A stretch of DNA of 64,000 bases from IMG/VR virus record IMGVR_UViG_3300007513_001761, positions 1 to 64,000 of that record; one strand, 5' to 3'. Of the stretch, positions 57,557-64,000 are shown in pieces; within the stretch, counting starts at the first letter, position 1; every line of letters starts with the position of its first letter. Below the pieces are notes generated by a model, which searched no databases, was not told where the DNA came from, and saw only the letters and a list, made by a program, of their open reading frames with translations. The stretch comes from a virus. Position numbers and translations under genes: made by a program.

Positions 57557-57847
57557 TTACCACTCCAATTTTCCTGTTAAAATGTCTTTGAGCATTACCC
57601 AATCGCAGGCTTTGGCCCAGATGGGACGAGAGAATGCTGCGGGTTTGTTCTTTTCGATAAAAAAGTGACCACTCCACGCAAAAGGATACACAATAAATGG
57701 TGCAGCCACAAGCAGCAGCCATACCTTCATATATATTACCGCAGCTACAAAGCCAATTGTAGCCATTTGTCCCATAACATGCAGCCGACGCGTCCATTTG
57801 TTTTGATGAAGCGTCAGATAGTATTCATAATATTCTTTAAACGTCAT
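57557..57847 (-). CDS. DUF962/Mpo1-like membrane protein
   Basis: YLTLHQNKWTRRLH..G, FAWSGHFFIEKNKPA.F..P. Confidence 0.8.
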   Translation of the reverse strand: MTFKEYYEYYLTLHQNKWTRRLHVMGQMATIGFVAAVIYMKVWLLLVAAPFIVYPFAWSGHFFIEKNKPAAFSRPIWAKACDWVMLKDILTGKLEW

Positions 57848-58059
57848 TCTTTTGTTTTTACCTTCCCATATGATATTTGATTACAAACTCTTTCATAAAA
57901 ATAATAAATAATAAACCCAGTTATGTTCATAAATAAAGCATTTAATAAAGCATCATCAGTTGTAGTACTCACTAAAATAACAAAACTATTGAGAATCGCA
58001 ATTATTCTCCATATGACAGTCTTTAAGATGCTTCTTTGTCGGGTCTCCCTAATTTCCAA
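57844..58059 (-). CDS. DUF2061-like small membrane protein
   Basis: ETRQRSILKTVIWRI...YYFYERVCN.I.YG; TTG start after GGGAG. Confidence 0.7.
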   Translation of the reverse strand: MEIRETRQRSILKTVIWRIIAILNSFVILVSTTTDDALLNALFMNITGFIIYYFYERVCNQISYGKVKTKE

Positions 58060-58457
58060 CTAATCTCCCAATCTTTAAACTCGGCTGCTAGGCAGTCAAT
58101 TTTATAATCTTTTCTACCACCTACAATCTCTTGAATTTTGTTTTTAGCCGTATTTCTAATACCATTCAGACCATGAGTTAGCTCAAGATTATTTCCATCT
58201 TTAATTCCCTTGCGATAATTTGACTCATTGTGCCAAATGTGTAAATTCATCTGTGAAAGCACAACAATAGATCTAATCAAATCTGCGTCAATCCCTTCGC
58301 TTTCAGGCAACAAAATATCAATATCATGACAAATGTCAGCAATTTCCTGAGCATATTCTGCTTTGTGTTCTGTGATAAATACTTCTTTTAACTGTGCAAT
58401 GGAAAGCCTATCTACGAGTTCAGAGAGGGTTGGTAAATATCGCCGTTCGTCAGCCAT
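58023..58457 (-). CDS. hypothetical protein
   Basis: 144 aa coupled ORF (ELVDRLSI..LK, N..IWH.E). Confidence 0.65.
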   Translation of the reverse strand: MADERRYLPTLSELVDRLSIAQLKEVFITEHKAEYAQEIADICHDIDILLPESEGIDADLIRSIVVLSQMNLHIWHNESNYRKGIKDGNNLELTHGLNGIRNTAKNKIQEIVGGRKDYKIDCLAAEFKDWEISWKLGRPDKEAS

Positions 58458-60105
58458 TTAATTCTCCTGTGTATTGTTGAAAATATCCTTTGTATTGATC
58501 AAAGTTTCTTTGTCCAAATATTTCTTTGTATTTAAAAAACACTGTCGATTCTTCTTGCAATCGTTTTTCTGAGTGTTCGGTCGAAGTGGACAACCCTTCA
58601 TTATTATAATAATATAATCCAAGGGGAATGTTAACCTTTTTAAATTTGAATCCAGACTCGACCATACGCAAGAACATCTCCCAATCGCCAGCGTGTGCTA
58701 GCTCGTCATTAAAATAACCAGCTTTCTCGTGAATACTTTTTCTCCACATCGGCATTGGCCCTGGCAAACACTTAATCATATTCTCTTTAGAAAACGAATT
58801 GCGTGAGTGTTCATAGAAAGCGCCTTGCGCAGAATTGTTCTCAAAAGTTTCGTTTGCGACAGTCGTTTGATAGCAATCAGCGTAAACCAAGTCAATTCCT
58901 GTGGAGTAGTGCAAATGTTTTGCGAGAGTTTCTAAGTAGTGTGGTGAGTGTCGATCATCCACACATGCTTGCGCAAAAAACTCGCCAGTGGCCATTTTGA
59001 GGGCCATGTTCTCAGTTTCCATGACTGTTGCTCTATAATCAAGCTTTTTGTAAACCACGTTTTTATTGGTTTTCATGAACTCTCTAATATACTTTTCTTC
59101 ATTCTCCGGTGAGTTGGCGTCAATAATGATCAATTCACACTGGTCAAAAATGGTCTGATTTTTGATGCTTTGTAAAAAATTTTCAATGTATTTTTCCCCA
59201 GCATACAGGGGACAGAAAACGGTAACTTTGGGTAATTCGGGTGCTGGGAAGTAATTTGCTTTGTTGTTATCAATCAGATCGAACCACTTATTAAGAAGCG
59301 TGGTGTTGTTCTCTCGAATGAAGTCCAACATCTCCTTCCCGTTCAATTTAAAATAATCTTCACTAGCTGCGCCAATCAAAGTGTTGGTGATTATCTTACA
59401 TCCCACGATTTTGGCTTCAATCGAAAGGCGATTATATGTTTCCAGCCATTGAGGGAAAAACACTAGATGCTTTACTTGGGCCAAATTGGCAACAAAGCTT
59501 TCAAATGGCTGATGACGTAACAGTTCATATTCCAAGCCATGGTGAGCACAAAAGCTGATAGCTGCTGGCATGCCTTTGTTTTTATTCTGAGAATCCAGCA
59601 GCGCATATTCAATCGTCTTTTCGGTTCCGATATTTTCTTCTAGAACGTTTAATTGCTCTTCTGTCCAAATGTTGCCGCTTAAACTTACAATATTATTGAG
59701 CAACAAGTTCTTCTGAATTACGCTAGCATGCTTTTTGCTCTGACACATAACTGCAGCAGCGTTGGCATAAAAATCTTTGTTGATTAATTGATTTTCTGGC
59801 GCAAGAAAGTCTTTGTAAAGAGATGGATTGTTGGAAGCCACATATTTGTGGTCATGCTCCAGAATTGCGTATGTCATGCCAGCAAACGCATGTTTAAATG
59901 CTTCTGCCAACATAAAAAAATTAGCTATAATGAAAAAACTATCTCTATTGTTTTCCAACAGTGGTCCTGTTACATTGATAGATTTTACTGTTTCTACTGT
60001 ATATTTCTCGCGCAATAATCGAATGAGGGCGTCATTGCAAAGTTCTGCGCCGCCCCTTATTTCATCCGCAAAAAAGTCAGAAATAAAAACAATTTTTTTA
60101 ATCAT
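58450..60105 (-). CDS. glycosyltransferase fusion (GT-B-like N-domain + GT2 C-domain)
   Basis: N: GGAE, ETYNRLSIEAK..GC; C: VTVFCP, ELIIIDANS, DD, GDWEMFLR. Confidence 0.8.
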   Translation of the reverse strand: MIKKIVFISDFFADEIRGGAELCNDALIRLLREKYTVETVKSINVTGPLLENNRDSFFIIANFFMLAEAFKHAFAGMTYAILEHDHKYVASNNPSLYKDFLAPENQLINKDFYANAAAVMCQSKKHASVIQKNLLLNNIVSLSGNIWTEEQLNVLEENIGTEKTIEYALLDSQNKNKGMPAAISFCAHHGLEYELLRHQPFESFVANLAQVKHLVFFPQWLETYNRLSIEAKIVGCKIITNTLIGAASEDYFKLNGKEMLDFIRENNTTLLNKWFDLIDNNKANYFPAPELPKVTVFCPLYAGEKYIENFLQSIKNQTIFDQCELIIIDANSPENEEKYIREFMKTNKNVVYKKLDYRATVMETENMALKMATGEFFAQACVDDRHSPHYLETLAKHLHYSTGIDLVYADCYQTTVANETFENNSAQGAFYEHSRNSFSKENMIKCLPGPMPMWRKSIHEKAGYFNDELAHAGDWEMFLRMVESGFKFKKVNIPLGLYYYNNEGLSTSTEHSEKRLQEESTVFFKYKEIFGQRNFDQYKGYFQQYTGELNG

Positions 60106-61363
60106 ATGTTACAACTTGATCCAACACATCACGCCATTCTTTTTCTTCGGCAGTTTCAACAAAATGAGATAAACTTTCTACAAAAAGCGCATTCTGTTTG
60201 GTTTCTGAGAATCTTTCGTGAACTTCCATGGAATACTCACACGAATTGAGAGCAATACTATCTTCCTTTTTCTCTACAATATCATTGTAGCACAAGCGTA
60301 ATTGCTCCTTAGTTGACGATTCACGAGGATAAGCCCACATCGACTCCTTAATCAGCACGCCATCCCAGACGACCTCGTCGGGTACGGGCGCCATATCATA
60401 GGCCACGTTGTAAAACTGATCCTTTCCTTTTTCATCCACTAAAAAGTCTAATTGTCCGGACCACCCTGTACAAACTACAGGGAGACCTGAATAGCATGCT
60501 TCATAAATAGGAAGACCAAAACCTTCACCGTGAGCCAAAGAAATCAATGCAGCAATTTGTGGGTGTACATAGAGGGAATGAATTTCGTCGTCCTCCATGT
60601 CGCCATGAAGGAGATATACCTTACAAGCATGCTCACCAAGGGGTCTCAAAAAGGCTCTAAGATCGTTTTCTACCTTCTCGCGATCCATTAAACAATTCTT
60701 AGCAAAATTGGTTTTAAGCACGAGTCCGACTTCTTCGTCTCTAAACTCCTCCACAAACCACTTTACCGTGTTCGGAATGTTCTTTCGTGGCCCAAATTGC
60801 GCAACGGTCAAAAAGTTAACATCGAAATCAAGCTCAATACCCAAATCTGGCAAATTATCGAAAGTCTTAGTCGGATAATCGACTGCATCAATTTCTGTCG
60901 TTAAGGCGAATTCTTGCTCAGAGCCGGGGACATTTTGTTGTGCAACAATATATTTCGTATCTTCGTAAACTTTTTTAGAGTGATTCGAAACAACAATGAT
61001 TCTATCCATTTGATTGCCTTTTTCAATCCACTGGTGTGCTACTTTTGTCGTTTCAATACCGGCGGTATACCCAATATTTACGGGTGCCATTCTTTCCCAC
61101 TCGTTGGGAATCGTTACCTGAAGAGAAATGTCAAATTGACCACCTTGTTGAACATATGCGATTGTCTTTTCGATAGTTTGGTCGATCCAGGCGCGCTCTG
61201 TGTCTACCATCGCCATCCAAGATGTCTGTCCCCACTGCAATGGCTGAATATAAATATCAAACAGGTCTTCTCGCGAGCGTAGGGCTCTCAGAGCAAACCT
61301 TGATTGCTCTCCATACCCAGAGCGTGTCAAGAGAGGAGCCTTTAAAATAATCTTCTTTTTCAT
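60098..61363 (-). CDS. GT4 glycosyltransferase
   Basis: RSGYG, RKN, HGEGFGLPIYEA..SGLPV; start at TAATG overlap. Confidence 0.9.
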   Translation of the reverse strand: MKKKIILKAPLLTRSGYGEQSRFALRALRSREDLFDIYIQPLQWGQTSWMAMVDTERAWIDQTIEKTIAYVQQGGQFDISLQVTIPNEWERMAPVNIGYTAGIETTKVAHQWIEKGNQMDRIIVVSNHSKKVYEDTKYIVAQQNVPGSEQEFALTTEIDAVDYPTKTFDNLPDLGIELDFDVNFLTVAQFGPRKNIPNTVKWFVEEFRDEEVGLVLKTNFAKNCLMDREKVENDLRAFLRPLGEHACKVYLLHGDMEDDEIHSLYVHPQIAALISLAHGEGFGLPIYEACYSGLPVVCTGWSGQLDFLVDEKGKDQFYNVAYDMAPVPDEVVWDGVLIKESMWAYPRESSTKEQLRLCYNDIVEKKEDSIALNSCEYSMEVHERFSETKQNALFVESLSHFVETAEEKEWRDVLDQVVTYD

Positions 61364-62649
61364 TAGGCCACCTCCATCAAGTGCCATCTATCATAACCCT
61401 TTCGAGTTTCCCAGGATCCGTGAGTTTCAACTGCATTGTCCATAACTTCAATCCATTGCTTTTCAAAATTTTCAAAATTGTAATTGGTCTTAACATGCTT
61501 GATACCCTTTTCCGACATTTTCTTATATACGGCCGGGCGCATGTCAATTGCTGATTGAAGAGCTTTATTAAAGTCTTCCTGAGCAATGCGATCCTCATAA
61601 ATATAAGGCACCTCAAGGGAGCCAATTATCGCTTTCGACGAAGGTTGAAGTCCAAAGCCAAACCAGTCCTTTCCATCAGTTACCTGCTCTTGTAGTCCGC
61701 CGGTCATGTTCACAATAATAGGTGTTCCGCAAGACATCGATTCTAATGTTGCTAGTCCAAAACCTTCGGCGTCGGAAATGTTGATTGTGAAGTCTGCTGC
61801 ATTATACATCCCGGCCAATTCCAATGAGTCCACTTTTTGTGTCGAAAGTAAAACTTGTCCGTCACCGACATTTAGATGCTCAATAAGATGTGGTAAATCT
61901 TGTCCGTGGGGATCTCGTGCATCTGTATGCATCAATAAAGTGGCCTTGTCGTGGCCCACTTCGTCCAAGAATTCTTTAAACCACCAAATTAGAGTGCCCG
62001 ACTGTTTGCGCCGTGCGTTGCGATTGTTCCAAAAGAAAATTTTCTTATCTTTATTTTTATGGTGAAAACTAGATTCTACGCAAATACGCTCACGCAGAAT
62101 TTCAACCTTTGCCTTATCTTCAGCAGATTTATATTTATAAAAAATACTTGAATTAACAGCATGAGGGAGGTAATGACTCCGCACTCCTGGTGAAACTGTT
62201 TTAACAATATCGTGCGTTACCTTTGAGATACACACAATTTCGTCAGTAGAGCGATAGAATCTTCCATTAAAGTGCGGATGAGGAAAATTATCCCAGACAT
62301 GATAATACATCATGGGAACATTCGCTCGTATTTCGTTTTCAATTTCCCACAGCCAGCCAAAAAAGCGAGGATCGGTCATAAACCAAAGCATATCCGGCTT
62401 TTCCTTCTGAAGAATAGAACGAATAATCTCGTGGTTACCATATCCATCTACTGGATAAATAATCCAATCGTCTTTCCACGGTTCAACTCGTTGCGGTTGG
62501 TAGTCGGCGTGCTTCATGGCACCCCCCAAACACACAAACTCATAGCGCCCTGTCTTTAAGAGCGCCTCAATAAAATACTTCGTCTGGGTACCCACTCCAG
62601 AGGGTGATAACGGGTGATCTGACAGAGTCAGAATTTTTGTCTTTTTCAT
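61363..62649 (-). CDS. GT4 glycosyltransferase
   Basis: SGVGTQ, NRNARRK, AEGFGLATLESMSCGTPII. Confidence 0.9.
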   Translation of the reverse strand: MKKTKILTLSDHPLSPSGVGTQTKYFIEALLKTGRYEFVCLGGAMKHADYQPQRVEPWKDDWIIYPVDGYGNHEIIRSILQKEKPDMLWFMTDPRFFGWLWEIENEIRANVPMMYYHVWDNFPHPHFNGRFYRSTDEIVCISKVTHDIVKTVSPGVRSHYLPHAVNSSIFYKYKSAEDKAKVEILRERICVESSFHHKNKDKKIFFWNNRNARRKQSGTLIWWFKEFLDEVGHDKATLLMHTDARDPHGQDLPHLIEHLNVGDGQVLLSTQKVDSLELAGMYNAADFTINISDAEGFGLATLESMSCGTPIIVNMTGGLQEQVTDGKDWFGFGLQPSSKAIIGSLEVPYIYEDRIAQEDFNKALQSAIDMRPAVYKKMSEKGIKHVKTNYNFENFEKQWIEVMDNAVETHGSWETRKGYDRWHLMEVA

Positions 62650-62656
62650 TAATACC

Positions 62657-63418
62657 TCAAGGACAATGTTCGGTATGTCTAAAGTTGCAGTTCCTGCAAG
62701 ACAACCTATTCTTAATATAACGTTTATTTTTAATATTGTATAGTGCCGTGTTCAACATTTTTATTGCATTCGCTGTTTTACGCGGTCCACTAGTGACTCT
62801 AAATAGTTCCACTCGGTTTTTCTTAGCAGTTCTTTTTAGCAGTGCAAAGTGCGTTTCCACATCTTTTGGATCTATATTCATCTTTTGACAGAAAAAATGT
62901 TTATACAAAGTTAACTGGTATGTGACCATCTTATCGCTGCGTTTGCGCGCATCCCAACCCCACGAACAAGTCTTCCAATCGAAGACGTGAACTTTTCCAT
63001 CGGGAGTGGCCACAATCGCATCGATGTAGCCCTTAAACATATAATTATCTTCGCCCTCTAAAGGTTCATAGAGCGGCATTTCTACTGCCATGACTTCGAA
63101 CTCGTCAAAATATTCCTTTAACGCATCTTCAATTTCAGGCAAGATTTGCTTTCCTTGTCCGATCATATCATAGACAAGTTTTTTGTCTACCTCAATGTCG
63201 TCATCCAGACTAGCGATGTTCTTTTTAAATTCTTCAACAAAAAAAGCATCATTTATCTCTTCTTGAAGCAGCTTCTTTTCGCAAACCGAATGAATAGCAC
63301 TTCCAAAAGCAGTATAGGCGTTACCTCTAAAGCCGTCAATTTTGTCTAGGCGCGTCAACTTGTGGTAAAAGGCGCAAAAAACCCAATCTTTGAGTTCAGA
63401 GTATGAAATATGTGGCAA
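62657..63418 (-). CDS. PD-(D/E)XK RecB/Cas4-like exonuclease
   Basis: ISYSE..C, G.AIH, GYIDA, DWKT, QLTLY, C-terminal CRNC....C; TTG start. Confidence 0.85.
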   Translation of the reverse strand: MPHISYSELKDWVFCAFYHKLTRLDKIDGFRGNAYTAFGSAIHSVCEKKLLQEEINDAFFVEEFKKNIASLDDDIEVDKKLVYDMIGQGKQILPEIEDALKEYFDEFEVMAVEMPLYEPLEGEDNYMFKGYIDAIVATPDGKVHVFDWKTCSWGWDARKRSDKMVTYQLTLYKHFFCQKMNIDPKDVETHFALLKRTAKKNRVELFRVTSGPRKTANAIKMLNTALYNIKNKRYIKNRLSCRNCNFRHTEHCP

Positions 63419-63449
63419 AGTTTTCTCGTATTTTTAAATGTTATACTAC

Positions 63450-63478
63450 AGTATAACCACATTTTTAATGATTGTCAA
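63450..63478 (-). promoter_or_regulatory. sigma70-like promoter for nuclease/glycan operon
   Basis: TTGACA (63473-63478)-17 bp-TATACT (63450-63455). Confidence 0.75.
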
Positions 63479-64000
63479 GATCTTTTTGACGTTGAAGCAT
63501 TAATATTTTTTTATATAATGCTGGACTAATCTTTTGCAGAAAAGTGTGATTTGGGTCCAGGTAAAACTCGGTGAACCCTGTGGCGTAATATTCTTTAAGG
63601 GATGTGGGAGCATACGCTGATAGGAATACCCCGGCCACCAATGAAGATAGCTTGTCATATCCCACCGTCTTAAGGAGGAAAGCATCAAACTCTTCATTAT
63701 ATTCTGAATCCATGAAAAACGCCAAGGGTGCTTTAAATCCATGCTTCCACAAAATATCATGCAAATACTTCCTCTTTCTTAAAAATTCTTTCTCAAGTTC
63801 TTTGTCACCGTAAATGTCATATCCGTAAACGGCTTCCAGCGAGTGTGCAATTTCGTGTACAATATCATCGAACATATCTTCTTCATCATCTTGCACATTG
63901 GAAATGTACAGGGCCCCATCTTTATAAAATGCATTCACAGAGCGCTTTTCGAATTCATCAAACCAGCCCACAACAATCATTTCTACTTCTTCGAGAAGAT
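63465..64000 (-). CDS. HEXXH zincin-like protein (5' truncated by window edge)
   Basis: IVHEIAHS and EYYATGF; frame is open upstream of 63980 (..LLEEVEMIVV) to the edge. Confidence 0.65.
   Translation of the reverse strand, partial: LLEEVEMIVVGWFDEFEKRSVNAFYKDGALYISNVQDDEEDMFDDIVHEIAHSLEAVYGYDIYGDKELEKEFLRKRKYLHDILWKHGFKAPLAFFMDSEYNEEFDAFLLKTVGYDKLSSLVAGVFLSAYAPTSLKEYYATGFTEFYLDPNHTFLQKISPALYKKILMLQRQKDLDNH

Noticed and set aside
41882-62649. Bacterial O-antigen/capsule locus
   Set aside because: No wzx, wzy, wzm/wzt or priming transferase recognised; genes are directly coupled to phage-type genes on both sides.
62657-63418. CRISPR-Cas locus
   Set aside because: Only a Cas4-like nuclease; no repeat-spacer array or other cas genes seen.
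1187-63813. Numerous + strand ORFs and short alternate-frame minus ORFs in the track
   Set aside because: All lie inside longer motif-bearing minus-strand genes and show no recognisable motifs; treated as shadow ORFs.
1-64000. tRNAs, introns, inteins, stop-codon recoding, rho-independent terminators
   Set aside because: Intergenic gaps are too short for RNA genes, ORFs are intact in the standard code, and no intein motifs or hairpin+U-tract were recognised by eye.

Overview
The window looks like a segment of a large (jumbo-type) tailed dsDNA phage genome. All credible genes lie on the minus strand, are tightly packed (many TAATG/ATGA overlaps) and use the standard code with AGGAG-type Shine-Dalgarno sites. 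In transcription order (right to left) it holds: (1) a HEXXH protein and a Cas4/RecB-like nuclease; (2) a ~21 kb glycan-synthesis island with GT4/GT2 glycosyltransferases, a B12 radical SAM enzyme, shortened TPP-dependent E1 alpha/beta, a sulfotransferase, methyltransferases, ColD/ColC-like enzymes, RmlC and a split HldE-like kinase/nucleotidyltransferase; (3) a gp55-like sigma factor; (4) a contractile-tail baseplate module with spike-like, gp25, gp6 and giant gp7/LamG proteins; (5) RuvC-like resolvase, Hsp20, a fatty-acid-hydroxylase-family gene and DNA primase. The most striking feature is three tandem paralogues beside the spike gene. They share one ~180-aa N-terminal gp5-OB-like domain but carry three unrelated C-terminal enzymes: M23 peptidase, lytic transglycosylase and a CX5R phosphatase. 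This suggests a modular, possibly heterotrimeric, tail-tip enzyme cassette. A candidate late-promoter motif (TANTTA, 18-21 nt before starts) and three sigma70-like promoters are also visible. All family calls come from motif recognition by eye; no database searches were run.
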